Shown here: positions 43,826-54,348 of the stretch, piece by piece
How the letters are laid out: every line of letters starts with the position of its first letter
How positions within the stretch are numbered: the stretch's first letter is position 1
Assembly: GCA_048270185.1 (NCBI GenBank)
Contig: JBLWTJ010000004.1
Location: 164,615-228,614, forward strand
Source of the DNA: Bacteriovoracaceae bacterium
GTDB taxonomy: Bacteria > Bdellovibrionota > Bacteriovoracia > Bacteriovoracales > Bacteriovoracaceae
DNA length: 64,000 nucleotides
Direction: 5' to 3'
Position numbers and translations under genes: made by a program
Notes under the pieces: model-generated
What the model saw: only the letters and a program-made list of their open reading frames with translations
Database searches by the model: none
Told to the model about the DNA's origin: nothing

Positions 43826-44932
43826 CTATGTAAGTCTTCGATTCTTAAAGAAAATAATACCAATGACAAAGGTAAATAGAAATGGGACGGAAAATGTCGC
43901 CAGAAACGGTGTGATCTTCAAGTTTCGACCTAACTCAATAAAGTAAGATTGGATTAGCCAGTACAAGATGGTGAAAACAAAAATAAATGCAACACTGCGT
44001 CCAAAAGAGCTATTTCTACGATTAGGATTAAAGATACTTGTGGCAGCAATTAGGGCAAAAATAATACAAATAATCCCTTCAGAAATATGCATATAAAACA
44101 TTACAAGATATTCGTTAACATTAATTCCATTCGAGCTAAGTTGAGAAATATAATCATAGAGCCTCAGGAACGTGAGGGTAGAAATATCAGCTTCAATTTT
44201 ATTGAATTCTTCGATACTTTCGTTGAGCTCAAGAGGAAGGTCATTTGTACTTATAATCGGAAATGATGGATCTTCAAGTTTATCAAATGTAACGCCATTT
44301 GATGGCCACCATCTCTTAGAGGTAGAGTCATAACTTAACATTTTGAAGCTATCAATTTTTGTAAGCTCTCTGTTTTCGTTATAATAGTACATTGTAACTT
44401 CATTTAGTGTATTTGTTTTCCGATCGAAGTTTGAGAAGGCAAAGTAATACTTAGGAGATTTATACCAAATTTTTCCCGACTTAATAGTCGAAGATGAGAG
44501 TCCTTTCTTCTTAAAAACTCTGAACTTTTGATCTGGGTTATCTAAAATATTAAAGCGTCGTGAATTAATATAAGGGTTTATATATGCACTTAAAATAAAT
44601 TGAAAGAGTGCTATATAGAGTGCCGTCAGTAGAATATCTCGCAAGTAATTCTGTCTTGAATAGCCACCTGCAAAAATAGCAACAAGCTCATTTCTACTTT
44701 TTAATTTATTAATTGAAAATAGACTGCCTATAAGACATGAAATAGGGATGACCTTAATAAGGAAGCTTGGTAGTTGAATGAAATAACTTAAAAGAACTTC
44801 TTTAGCAGTAACGTTCTCTCTTAAGAAACCAGTAATTAAATTACCAAGAGAAAGTAGCAACAGAAGGACAATTGCTGATGAAGCAAAAAACTTTAGCCAT
44901 TCTCTTGTTATTAATCTTCTTATGATATTCAT
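43826..44932 (-). CDS. LPS export ABC permease, LptF/LptG family
   Basis: 3 TM + periplasmic domain + 3 TM; LKSRNELVAIFAGGYS motif. Confidence 0.88.
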   Translation of the reverse strand: MNIIRRLITREWLKFFASSAIVLLLLLSLGNLITGFLRENVTAKEVLLSYFIQLPSFLIKVIPISCLIGSLFSINKLKSRNELVAIFAGGYSRQNYLRDILLTALYIALFQFILSAYINPYINSRRFNILDNPDQKFRVFKKKGLSSSTIKSGKIWYKSPKYYFAFSNFDRKTNTLNEVTMYYYNENRELTKIDSFKMLSYDSTSKRWWPSNGVTFDKLEDPSFPIISTNDLPLELNESIEEFNKIEADISTLTFLRLYDYISQLSSNGINVNEYLVMFYMHISEGIICIIFALIAATSIFNPNRRNSSFGRSVAFIFVFTILYWLIQSYFIELGRNLKITPFLATFSVPFLFTFVIGIIFFKNRRLT

Positions 44933-45627
44933 TTTACAACTTTATATATTAGGTAAATTAATGGTTTTAAAAAAAGTCTATTTAAAACTAAATCTAAGAA
45001 CAAATTATTTTTAAATGCTTTTACCAAATATGGCGAGTATTCATAATAATTATTAATAAAAATCATACCTAGTGATGACTTTGCTAAACGTAGCTTAAAC
45101 ACTCTTAAAGAACGTAGTAAATCGTCATTTGTTGGGTAAGCATGAGTTGCTAGGTAACAGTTTTTTGAACGTACATTAATACGATCGTATATCTGTTGAA
45201 ATACTTTCTTATTATGGGCCTTACCTGAGCGAAGAAATTTGCGGATTAGCTGAGCGTTTGCATGCTGATACTTATAGCCAATTGAAAAGACAGCAAATTG
45301 CTGTAGGCAGCGCAGAGACTCCCCCCTAAGTTTTGGGCTTTTATCATAGGCTTTTGCCAGATTCCAGTATGCCTGGCTAATCAGCAGAAGTTCAGAGATA
45401 TCTCGTTCAGGATCAAACATCTTAGGAGTTAAGTGTTTCTCTGTAGTTCGATTATAAGCCGCGATAATAGCGAGATAGTGTTTGAATTTTTCAACACTTC
45501 CCGGAATATTATTCTTAGCAACAGCATCGAGTGCTTGCTTTAAAGTTTTGAATCGCTCCTGATAGGCATTCTTGACGCCTTCATTAAGCTCTTCATTTTC
45601 ATCTGTTTTAGCTTGTTTCTTTGCCAT
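44929..45627 (-). CDS. Hypothetical helical protein with C-terminal CFI-box-like motif
   Basis: CYLATHAY...LRSLRVFK...GMIFINNYYEYSP resembles the CFI-box-CTERM pattern. Confidence 0.65.
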   Translation of the reverse strand: MAKKQAKTDENEELNEGVKNAYQERFKTLKQALDAVAKNNIPGSVEKFKHYLAIIAAYNRTTEKHLTPKMFDPERDISELLLISQAYWNLAKAYDKSPKLRGESLRCLQQFAVFSIGYKYQHANAQLIRKFLRSGKAHNKKVFQQIYDRINVRSKNCYLATHAYPTNDDLLRSLRVFKLRLAKSSLGMIFINNYYEYSPYLVKAFKNNLFLDLVLNRLFLKPLIYLIYKVVK

Positions 45628-45635
45628 TATTTCTT

Positions 45636-46514
45636 TTAGAATCGATATGAAACTGAAAACGAAGTTTCTTTCACATCCTGTGCCTCTTGTCTCAATTCAA
45701 TATCATCTTCTAAAGTTACATTTCGAATTGCAAAATTAAGGGCCAGTTTAGGTTGAATCCAGCTAAGTCCAAAACCTGATCCAGATTCTTTTGCAATCTT
45801 ATCATCAAACATACCTGCTCTTAGGTAAACATTTGTTAAGACTTTGAATTGAATTGCGCCGCGTACGAGTGAACGATCAGAAAACTGTCCGTTGTAATCT
45901 GCTCCAGCATCCAACATAAGTGCTACATAATCTTGATACTGATACTGAAGACCTAGAATAGCTTTGTTATTATTTGGTGATTTTTGTAAAACATCAACTG
46001 CCACTAGTCCTAGTGAAAAGCTTGGCGTGATGGCATGAAATACACCAACGTTAAATTGCTGGTAATCAGTTTTTGTCTTAAGTCCAAGGTATAAGTCTTC
46101 TCTTTCCATTTTTTGATACGTAAAACCTAGAGAAGAGCGCCTTCCAATTGTTGATGCAAATGAAGTGGATAATTGTTTATAATTTTCTTCACCGGCCTTC
46201 GCTTTTACATAAGAGATTGAACCCTTTAGGGCCTTTGAGCTATCAGAAGCGATAACAGCATAATTCGTTGAACCTTGTAGAGAATTAGCATTGTCATCTG
46301 TATTATCTGTTGATGATTTTTCGATATAGACTGAGCCCATGTTGAAAAATGCAATGGGTGCTGGATTTAATACAGTGGCCTCATCCATCAATAGGGAGGC
46401 AACGCCTGTCCCACCTGTCGACTTTAAACGTGTCGTTTGATAATCGAGCAGCTTTGCATTCGCACTTGTTGATATTAAAGTTGCTAGTGTTAAAAACGTA
46501 AGTATTTTTGTCAT
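45636..46514 (-). CDS. Outer-membrane beta-barrel protein
   Basis: Signal peptide, ATVLNPA motif as in FadL/PorV-like barrels, C-terminal SVSYRF. Confidence 0.7.
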   Translation of the reverse strand: MTKILTFLTLATLISTSANAKLLDYQTTRLKSTGGTGVASLLMDEATVLNPAPIAFFNMGSVYIEKSSTDNTDDNANSLQGSTNYAVIASDSSKALKGSISYVKAKAGEENYKQLSTSFASTIGRRSSLGFTYQKMEREDLYLGLKTKTDYQQFNVGVFHAITPSFSLGLVAVDVLQKSPNNNKAILGLQYQYQDYVALMLDAGADYNGQFSDRSLVRGAIQFKVLTNVYLRAGMFDDKIAKESGSGFGLSWIQPKLALNFAIRNVTLEDDIELRQEAQDVKETSFSVSYRF

Positions 46515-46653
46515 GTATTGTCCTTATATATAATCTATTATAAGGGTAATTTTAAAATTCGTCACTTATTAGTGGCCGAGTAAAAAGGTCTGAGTAAATA
46601 GACTTACGGGCCGTTAGAATTTTTGTTATGATAGATCCACCAATAGGAGTCAC

Positions 46654-47676
46654 ATGAAAAAGATTTTATTACTATCACTAATTTTTACTTCAAATATATT
46701 TGCAGCAATTCCTTCTCTTGAAGGTCTTATGAGAAACTCTTCTAATAAAGAGTTAGATAAGGAACTTGTTGTTGCTCACGTAGTAGTTAGAAGAGTAGCT
46801 GCTGATGAAGAGTTTTCAAATAATGAAAATATGATAACGAATTACTTTAAGTATATGTTTGTAACCGCTGAGAACGAAAGGGATTACCAAAAAGCCCTTG
46901 TTATTGATTATGGTTCGCCAAAGTATGATGTAAACTCAGTCGAAAAAGTTGTTGCCTTTGATAATATTGGTAATCTTCTAGATAAGGAACCAACTAAAGA
47001 TTTACTTCAAAGTGTAATTTTAAGCTATGCATTTAATAGTTCATTTGGTTTTAATAAAATTTTCAAAAAAATTGAACCAAGTTATAAGTCAAATGCTGAT
47101 TTAATTAATAAAGAGAAAGCAGGACTTATTGATGATTACAAGAAGTTTTTAGTTAAGAAGAAAGACTATGAAAGTCGTTCAAAAGAAGAGGAAGTTACAA
47201 GCGATGCACCAACTTCACCTCTTGAGTCTGAGAATGATGAGAAGCAAGCACAATTAAAAAGTATCATGAATTCATCTCTATACAGAGGAAGTAATAACTT
47301 AAAGCTTGTAAAAAGAAATCGTGAGTTTATTTGGGCCATTGAGTTAAATAATATTAAAGGTGAGTTTAAAAATGAAAGTCATCAATTAATTTACTTAGAA
47401 CTCAATTTAAATACTGGAGTACATACGATTGTTCCTAGAAGTTTTGTTACTTATAATGGACAATACACTCTTCCAAAATATGTAGAGGTCACAACTTCGG
47501 ATTATAAATATCAAATCGAAATTCCAACTTATTATCTTTTAAATTCATCTGATAAATCAATTGCGGATCGAAATCGTGAGTACCTCCGTTATCTTGAACG
47601 AAATCAACAAAGAGAGGCAGCTCAAGTTACACCTGCAGATAATGAGAAGAAGGAAAATATTAACCTTTTATTTTAG
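46654..47676 (+). CDS. Hypothetical secreted protein
   Basis: Signal peptide MKKILLLSLIFTSNIFA; AGGAG RBS. Confidence 0.75.
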   Translation: MKKILLLSLIFTSNIFAAIPSLEGLMRNSSNKELDKELVVAHVVVRRVAADEEFSNNENMITNYFKYMFVTAENERDYQKALVIDYGSPKYDVNSVEKVVAFDNIGNLLDKEPTKDLLQSVILSYAFNSSFGFNKIFKKIEPSYKSNADLINKEKAGLIDDYKKFLVKKKDYESRSKEEEVTSDAPTSPLESENDEKQAQLKSIMNSSLYRGSNNLKLVKRNREFIWAIELNNIKGEFKNESHQLIYLELNLNTGVHTIVPRSFVTYNGQYTLPKYVEVTTSDYKYQIEIPTYYLLNSSDKSIADRNREYLRYLERNQQREAAQVTPADNEKKENINLLF

Positions 47677-47714
47677 TTAAGTATCCGAAATTATGGGTAT
47701 GTTAGTAATACCCT

Positions 47715-47741
47715 TCAAGAAATTAATAAATTATCCGATAT
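47715..47741 (+). promoter_or_regulatory. Putative sigma28 (FliA) promoter
   Basis: TCAAG-N14-TCCGATAT ending 31 bp before ATG 47773. Confidence 0.6.
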
Positions 47742-47772
47742 GAGTATAGTGATACTTTAAGTAGGGTAATTT

Positions 47773-49800
47773 ATGAAAAGATCGAATCAATTAAAGTTTT
47801 TTATTTGTGCATTATTAATGTCTCCTATTGTCGCCCAAGAGGTTGAATTTGATTGGCTGGCATCAGGTGATGGGAATAACTACAATAATTCATCTGAACC
47901 AAATGAAGTTAGTAATACTGTAAATACAGAAGGAAAAACTATTAGTTGTGAACGCGGTTCTGCTATTCCTTTTGGCTTTCTAAAATCAGTATCAAGAGGT
48001 ATGCCAGAGTTTAAAACTTCAAATGGTCAACTTCATATAAATATGCCCTTCATGGTAACAGCTTGTCTGGCCGGTCCAGTTACTGCTGAGGCAATTACTA
48101 ATGAGAGTGATAATAACGTCTACGTTAGATTTAATGCAAAAGTAGATACGAGTTTATATGACGCCGGTAATGGTAGTTTTGAAGAAGAGTACGCTAAATG
48201 TACAGCTACTCTATATGAAAAATATCCGGACCTGAAAAAGAAAGGACAAAGCGAATTTGTTAAGCATGGGTTCTACGGAAAGCCTAAACCAATCGTCATC
48301 GATCTCAAGGGGATTGACTCAAGCCGTGATTCACAGGTTGTTGTCGCTTCACCAGATTCTGCAAATTTTTATAAAACTCTTCCTTTTGGTCAGGCCAACG
48401 TAAACCAAGATTCAATTTTTAAAAACTCAAAATATAATTGTATGCATTATGCAAAACCAGCTGATTCATTAGTTATGGCAAATAAGACAAGATCATTCTA
48501 CTTAAAAGAAGAAGCTCTTGCTGCTTGTAATGGTAAAAATCTTGCGGATATTGCTGATAGCTTAAGAAAATTGAGAAGTGACTCAAGTGGAAACTATGAC
48601 CAATTAACAAGTATACTGTCTAGCATTCAATCTTCACTTATTAGTGAAAAAATTGATGAGACGATTAAAAAAATGGAAGTTATTGAAGCTGAAATGTATC
48701 CATCAGAAGAAGACATTGCTAACGGCGATAAATACGGTGTAAGTAAGTCGAAGAGAAAACAGCTAATAAAAGATTATGCAAATTTAATGAAGGAATTTAC
48801 AAGTGTTGGTTCTGATACGCAGCCTGATGAAAAGGGTTATCTTCAAATTTTAAAAGATGAACTAAAACATTTAATGGATGAAGCTGAAAACTTAGGTGAT
48901 ACTAAATCTGACGAAACTCGCCGAACTGCCATTAATGAGTCGATTGAAGAGATTAATGAACTGATTAGTAAATTTAATCGTCAAAAAGAAAATGGTGCCG
49001 AGTACAGACGTCTTGTTGAAGCTATGAGAGAAAGTAATTCTCAAATTTCAGGAAAGAAAGTATTAGAAGGTATCATTCTTGCTCAAGAATTTTCTAATGT
49101 GAAATTAGAAGGTGATGGCAAGAGAACTTTAGAAAAAGCTGAATCTAATAGCAGTAAAGAAATTAAGCGTCTTGATCGTAACACTCTTGCAATTTGGGGT
49201 GATGAAGCAAAAATTAGAGCAGGTGATAAATCACCAATTGCTCAAAGAAAGAAAATTGTACAAGGTATTCAACAAAGAGCTGCCAAAGATCGTCAGAAGT
49301 TTGCGCAAAAGCAAAGCGCCTATGATGAGTATATCCAACAATATGCTAGTGACCTTGTAAGTAGCTATTGTACTTCAGGTGGTAATTACCAAGACTGTAT
49401 GACTGTTAGAAATACTTATGTTCCTCACATTTATAATCAATATATGGGATGGAAGCAGAATAATGTACTTGAATATAACGATTATTATAGTAATAAATTT
49501 GGTACAGCAACGACTCAGCAAAATAATATCTTAACTCGTTATAACTCTCTTTATAGTGAGTATCAGCTTAACCAGCTTCAGAACAAGTTCAATAATCAAT
49601 CATCTTCTTATGATGGTGGGTTTGATCTATGGACCGGTGCAGATACTTCTGGTTACTCTAGTGGAATTCCTGGATTAAATTTTAATCTATCTGGGCCAAG
49701 TAATCAGAACTCGTGGAGTAATAATAACAATTTTTCGATAATGAATAATCAACAAAGAACACCTAGCTCAGGTGGTAGCTGGGCGAATCCATTTCAATAA
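47773..49800 (+). CDS. Hypothetical secreted protein (Cys-containing N-domain, coiled coil, N/S/G-rich tail)
   Basis: 675 aa ORF with signal peptide; no recognised family. Confidence 0.75.
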   Translation: MKRSNQLKFFICALLMSPIVAQEVEFDWLASGDGNNYNNSSEPNEVSNTVNTEGKTISCERGSAIPFGFLKSVSRGMPEFKTSNGQLHINMPFMVTACLAGPVTAEAITNESDNNVYVRFNAKVDTSLYDAGNGSFEEEYAKCTATLYEKYPDLKKKGQSEFVKHGFYGKPKPIVIDLKGIDSSRDSQVVVASPDSANFYKTLPFGQANVNQDSIFKNSKYNCMHYAKPADSLVMANKTRSFYLKEEALAACNGKNLADIADSLRKLRSDSSGNYDQLTSILSSIQSSLISEKIDETIKKMEVIEAEMYPSEEDIANGDKYGVSKSKRKQLIKDYANLMKEFTSVGSDTQPDEKGYLQILKDELKHLMDEAENLGDTKSDETRRTAINESIEEINELISKFNRQKENGAEYRRLVEAMRESNSQISGKKVLEGIILAQEFSNVKLEGDGKRTLEKAESNSSKEIKRLDRNTLAIWGDEAKIRAGDKSPIAQRKKIVQGIQQRAAKDRQKFAQKQSAYDEYIQQYASDLVSSYCTSGGNYQDCMTVRNTYVPHIYNQYMGWKQNNVLEYNDYYSNKFGTATTQQNNILTRYNSLYSEYQLNQLQNKFNNQSSSYDGGFDLWTGADTSGYSSGIPGLNFNLSGPSNQNSWSNNNNFSIMNNQQRTPSSGGSWANPFQ

Positions 49801-49829
49801 AAAAAGGCTTCCTTTTGGAAGCCTTTTTT
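49801..49829. terminator. Bidirectional intrinsic terminator
   Basis: A-run GGCTTCC-TTTT-GGAAGCC T-run between convergent genes. Confidence 0.85.
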
Positions 49830-49833
49830 ACTT

Positions 49834-51288
49834 TTAGAATTTAATATTTGCGCCTAGATAAATTAGATATGAATCATTTGTCTCATTTGGTGTGCCAGTA
49901 TTTGAAAAGGCATAGTAGTCACCAACTAGATAATAACCTAAGTTTGCATTAAGAGTTACAGATGTGTTCCACTTGTAGCTGAAGTTCGAGTCGATCTCAA
50001 TACCTAGATCATCTGCTTGATCTGCAAGAGCATTAAATCTTTTATTCTTTTCGTGATTTATTGCTTTTTGTCCTGTTTTTGCAACTTGATCGGCCTTTGC
50101 CCAAATTACTCTATTAGTCCATGACCAAGTACCTGAATCATACATATGGCCAAGACTTGCATAAGTAGTATTTGCTATAGATGAGTTATAAATATTCTCA
50201 TCATCATTTGCTACAGCTGCGATATTATAACGGAACATAATATTTGCAACTTGGAAGTTAGGGTTTAGATACATGGCACCGTATGTTTGATCACTGGCAT
50301 CTGATCCGCTAACCATACCTAGATTTAAATGAAATGAGTGATTTGTATTAAATTTGTATGTGTTATTTAATAGATAAGCACTAGCATCATACTCAGTATC
50401 CGTAACACCACTGTATATTTGTCCAGCATCACCAGAAAGCATAGGTACTTCAACTTCGATCGTGTACTTACCAAAAGTTTTCTTCAGGTATAGATCGATC
50501 ATTGTTACACTTGTTTTACCTGTATTATAGTTTGTACCAGTGTTATCAACATCACCTAGGATTCCTGAATCTTCACCAGCAGAGTTCTTGTTGTATAGTG
50601 CTCCAAAAGTAAATTCTTGATCGAGGTTTTCATAAAGTAGGGAAATACCAAGCTCTCTAATACGGCCGGTCTTTGTTAAGTTATTTGAGCCAATTTTTGA
50701 ATAGTATGGTGAAAATTTAAAATTACCGATTTTAAAATCAATCGTAATACCTTCTCTCATTGAAGCAAAACGATCACCAGCTTCATTACCATCATTGTAG
50801 ATTGCTCCCATACCCCAATTAAACTTCTGACGTCCAACTGTATAAGTCGCAGTGTCAGAGTAGAATACAGCATTAGCTTGTGTAAGGTTTACATTACTTT
50901 CTGTGATTGTATTGAAAGAGTAACGAGCGTTGGCGAATGTTCCTATTGTCGCATCACCAGCTGTACGTGTCGTGTTTGAATCTTTTCCGAAAGCTCCACC
51001 ATAACCATAGCCTGTAGTTAATTCAGCATTAATTGTTGTTGAATCATTAACGATAATCTTAGGTTGAAGCTTAAAGATATAAGTTTGAAAACTTGCTGAG
51101 TCTTTATCAGCATTACCTGGATCGTATGCTTGTGATCCAATATCGTTAGTGGCAAGAGGTGTTGCACGGTTGTAATTTTCAAGTGTATTCATATCAGCTT
51201 GCAGCTCACCATGCCAATCGATTGGAAGGGCCATGATTGGTGTCGCTAAAGTTGCTAAAATAGCTGCTTTATTTAAATTTCTTAACAT
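49834..51288 (-). CDS. Outer-membrane porin-like beta-barrel
   Basis: Signal peptide, VGRQKFNWGMG, GIEID, C-terminal YLGANIKF. Confidence 0.75.
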   Translation of the reverse strand: MLRNLNKAAILATLATPIMALPIDWHGELQADMNTLENYNRATPLATNDIGSQAYDPGNADKDSASFQTYIFKLQPKIIVNDSTTINAELTTGYGYGGAFGKDSNTTRTAGDATIGTFANARYSFNTITESNVNLTQANAVFYSDTATYTVGRQKFNWGMGAIYNDGNEAGDRFASMREGITIDFKIGNFKFSPYYSKIGSNNLTKTGRIRELGISLLYENLDQEFTFGALYNKNSAGEDSGILGDVDNTGTNYNTGKTSVTMIDLYLKKTFGKYTIEVEVPMLSGDAGQIYSGVTDTEYDASAYLLNNTYKFNTNHSFHLNLGMVSGSDASDQTYGAMYLNPNFQVANIMFRYNIAAVANDDENIYNSSIANTTYASLGHMYDSGTWSWTNRVIWAKADQVAKTGQKAINHEKNKRFNALADQADDLGIEIDSNFSYKWNTSVTLNANLGYYLVGDYYAFSNTGTPNETNDSYLIYLGANIKF

Positions 51289-51366
51289 AAGTTGTTATTC
51301 CTTTTTTAATTGGATTAATTGTAATGAAATAATATAAGATGACTTAGTATAACGTCAAAAAAATAG

Positions 51367-53220
51367 GTGTATTACTCAGTGCTTTCCAAAAGAGTTAAGA
51401 TTTTATTATTCTTGGCCCTGACAGTTTTTGTCTTGTGCATCATCTTCGTCATAAAAACAATAAATGACGCAGACTTAACTCGTATTATCAATGATCAACC
51501 TATTTCAGATCATTCTAAGACCATCACTTTTGAAGAAGGAAGCTTTGTTAGAAAAGAGGACTTCTTATTTTTTAAAGCAAATTCTCGAGATGAAAGATTT
51601 ACTTCAGTCTTCGCAGATAAATTTGATAATTTTAATAAAGCTACATTAAGCTTAAAAGATAGTTTCGAGTTAAAGTCACTGAAGGCAAATGATTGTCAGC
51701 GACTAAGATGTCTGCAATATAAAATCAAATTCTATAATATTCCTATAATTCTATCTAAAGGTTTAATTGGAATAGAAGATTTTAGATTTCTTGATCATAT
51801 TGGAATTGATTATATTTCGATCTTAAGAGCAATTGTTGCAGATATTAAAGCAGGAGCCTTAGTTCAGGGGGGATCGACTTTAACTCAGCAGCTCGTAAAA
51901 AATATCTACTTCACGAATGAAAAATCATTTAGCAGGAAACTTAAAGAAGCAATTCTTGCTGTCTATATTGACTTCAAATTTGAAAAATCAGCAATTCTTG
52001 AAGCTTACTTCAATGAAGTTTTTTGGGGAAGCCTCGGTGGTGTTAGGATAAAAGGTGTAAATACAGCAGCAGTTCTATACTTTAATAAGCCGATCTCAGA
52101 ACTTGATCCTTTTGAATCGGCCATACTTGTTTCAATGCTTAAAGGGCCTGGCTACTACCATCCGATTTATAAGACAGAAAGATTAAAAGAGCGTGCCAAC
52201 TTTATTTTTAATAAGCTTCAAAATGTTAATTTCTTCGATAAGAATGAATCATATCAATGGACTAATGAGAAATGGGAACAGTGGCGACAACAACTAATAA
52301 AGTTTCAAGATCAGTACTATTATGAAGCGATTTATTTAACCTCAACTAGAATTAATAAAGAACCTCATTTGAATGAATACAGATTCTTTAAGACCGCACT
52401 AGCTTCGAAAAATCTTCTAAAAGACTTAAAATCAATAGAAGAAAATCTGGCTGTTAAGATCGCTTATGGCGGACCAAAAAGTGAGACGTTTTATTACTCA
52501 AAATTTGAAAGAGATATTGATAAGGCATTATTAAAAGAAAAACATGGAGTTGGATCAACTCTTAAGCCAATTCTTTATCAGCTTTATTTAGAAGAAGGCT
52601 ATAAAATAGATGATCTTGTTTCTACTAGTCCAATAACTCTAGATCTGGTTAGTGGAAAGTGGACTCCCTCTGAGTCGCATACGCCATATAGTGATGAGTA
52701 TACTCTTGGACAAGCTTTAAAAGAATCACTAAATAATCCAGTTATTCGACTGGCAAATGATATTGGTTTTGAAAAAGTTGAAGCTATCTTAAAATCAAAA
52801 ATACCAGAATTGAAAACCCCACTGGCGCAATACCCTGCACAATTACTAGGGGCAATAGAGCTTTCAGTTGATGAGTTATTCAAGCTATATCGACAATTCT
52901 TACTTGCTCAGTGTGAGAAAGGAGCAGATGTTTATGAAGTTTTGGCCGATCCGAATCAGACGACAATCAGAAGAATGTTGGCTCCGGCCTTAAAGTCGCA
53001 GCAGTTTTTTGGAAAAACTGGAACATCAAATAATGGATTCGATAACTTGTTTATTGGTTATGATGGCCATGATCTCTTTACTATTTGGGTTGGCTATGAG
53101 GGAAATCGTAACAATAAGAAAGGTTTAAGGCTATACGGAAGTACGACAGCTTTTAAGCTTTACCAAGAAATCATTCTTTATTCAGGACAACGCATAGCCT
53201 CTTTGGCCTGTCAGGAATAG
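51367..53220 (+). CDS. Class A penicillin-binding protein (transglycosylase-transpeptidase)
   Basis: EDFRFLDHIGID, QGGSTLTQQLVKN, RKLKE; TP motifs STLK, SLN, KTG. Confidence 0.9.
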   Translation: MYYSVLSKRVKILLFLALTVFVLCIIFVIKTINDADLTRIINDQPISDHSKTITFEEGSFVRKEDFLFFKANSRDERFTSVFADKFDNFNKATLSLKDSFELKSLKANDCQRLRCLQYKIKFYNIPIILSKGLIGIEDFRFLDHIGIDYISILRAIVADIKAGALVQGGSTLTQQLVKNIYFTNEKSFSRKLKEAILAVYIDFKFEKSAILEAYFNEVFWGSLGGVRIKGVNTAAVLYFNKPISELDPFESAILVSMLKGPGYYHPIYKTERLKERANFIFNKLQNVNFFDKNESYQWTNEKWEQWRQQLIKFQDQYYYEAIYLTSTRINKEPHLNEYRFFKTALASKNLLKDLKSIEENLAVKIAYGGPKSETFYYSKFERDIDKALLKEKHGVGSTLKPILYQLYLEEGYKIDDLVSTSPITLDLVSGKWTPSESHTPYSDEYTLGQALKESLNNPVIRLANDIGFEKVEAILKSKIPELKTPLAQYPAQLLGAIELSVDELFKLYRQFLLAQCEKGADVYEVLADPNQTTIRRMLAPALKSQQFFGKTGTSNNGFDNLFIGYDGHDLFTIWVGYEGNRNNKKGLRLYGSTTAFKLYQEIILYSGQRIASLACQE

Positions 53221-53288
53221 AATTCCGCTAGAAAAAACTTGTCAAAAATGTCATTCTATTTTATATATTACATACAAATCTATATTGC

Positions 53289-53364
53289 TGGGGTATCGAC
53301 AAGTGGCTAAGTCAGCAGATTTTGATTCTGCCATTCGAAGGTTCGAGTCCTTCTACCCCAGCCA
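53289..53364 (+). tRNA. tRNA-Gln(TTG)
   Basis: Acceptor TGGGGTA/TACCCCA, anticodon arm GCAGA-TTTTGAT-TCTGC, T-loop GGTTCGAGTCC, encoded CCA. Confidence 0.97.
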
Positions 53365-53394
53365 TTCTCACGGATAAGAGAAAGGACTAAGAAC

Positions 53395-54339
53395 ATGAAA
53401 AGAATCGTTCTAGTATCAGGCACATCAAATCCTAACCTTTCTTCCGACATTTCACAAATATTAGACGTACCATTAGTTGATCCTCAGGTTATCAAATTTG
53501 CTAACGGTGAAACCTTTTGTGAGATCGAACAAAACGTTCGTGGTGCTGATGTATTCATCATTCAATCTACTTGTGCTCCAGTTAATGATAATCTGATGGA
53601 ATTGCTTATTATGATTGATGCTCTAAAGCGAGCTTCAGCGGCTTCAATCACAGCTGTGATTCCTCACTATGGTTATTGTCGACAAGACCGTAAGGTGTCT
53701 CCACGAACTCCAATTTCTGCAAAGCTTGTTTCTGACATTATTACAGTTGCCGGTGCCAGTCGTGTCATCACGATGGACCTACACTCTGGACAGGTTCAGG
53801 GATTTTTTAATATTCCATTTGATAATATTTATGCTTCACCAGTTCTTGTTAAGCATATTAAAAAAGAACTAATGACTGAAAATACTATCTTTGTTTCTCC
53901 TGATGCAGGAGGAGTTGAAAGAGCTCGTCATTACGCTAAGAAGTGTGGATGTGATATTGCCATGATCGATAAACGTCGTACTGGAAAGAATGTTGCTAAG
54001 GCGATGAATATCGTTGGTGATGTTAAAGGTAAGGACTGTATCATCCTCGATGATATGATTGATACGGCAGGTACACTTATTGAAGCGTGTAAGGCCTTAA
54101 AGGATAATGGTGCAGCAAGTGTTGTTGCTTGTGCAACACACCCTGTATTTTCTGGCCCTGCTATCGACAGAATTTTAAGTTCTGATGCATTAAATAAGGT
54201 ACTTGTAACGAATACAATTCCACTTAGTAAGCAAGCTCAGGATTGCGGTAAAATCATTTCTGTTTCTGTTGCTGAAATTTTAGCTAAGTCGATTCACCGT
54301 ACATTTAATAACGACTCAGTTAGTTCACTATTTTTATAA
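53395..54339 (+). CDS. prs: Ribose-phosphate pyrophosphokinase
   Basis: FANGE, YCRQDRK, DLHSGQ, VSPDAGG, DDMIDTAGT. Confidence 0.98.
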   Translation: MKRIVLVSGTSNPNLSSDISQILDVPLVDPQVIKFANGETFCEIEQNVRGADVFIIQSTCAPVNDNLMELLIMIDALKRASAASITAVIPHYGYCRQDRKVSPRTPISAKLVSDIITVAGASRVITMDLHSGQVQGFFNIPFDNIYASPVLVKHIKKELMTENTIFVSPDAGGVERARHYAKKCGCDIAMIDKRRTGKNVAKAMNIVGDVKGKDCIILDDMIDTAGTLIEACKALKDNGAASVVACATHPVFSGPAIDRILSSDALNKVLVTNTIPLSKQAQDCGKIISVSVAEILAKSIHRTFNNDSVSSLFL

Positions 54340-54348
54340 AGAGTTAAT

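Noticed and set aside
53289..53394. tRNA-Gln as an integration site for an island
   Set aside because: No integrase and no duplicated tRNA 3' end seen; prs follows directly.
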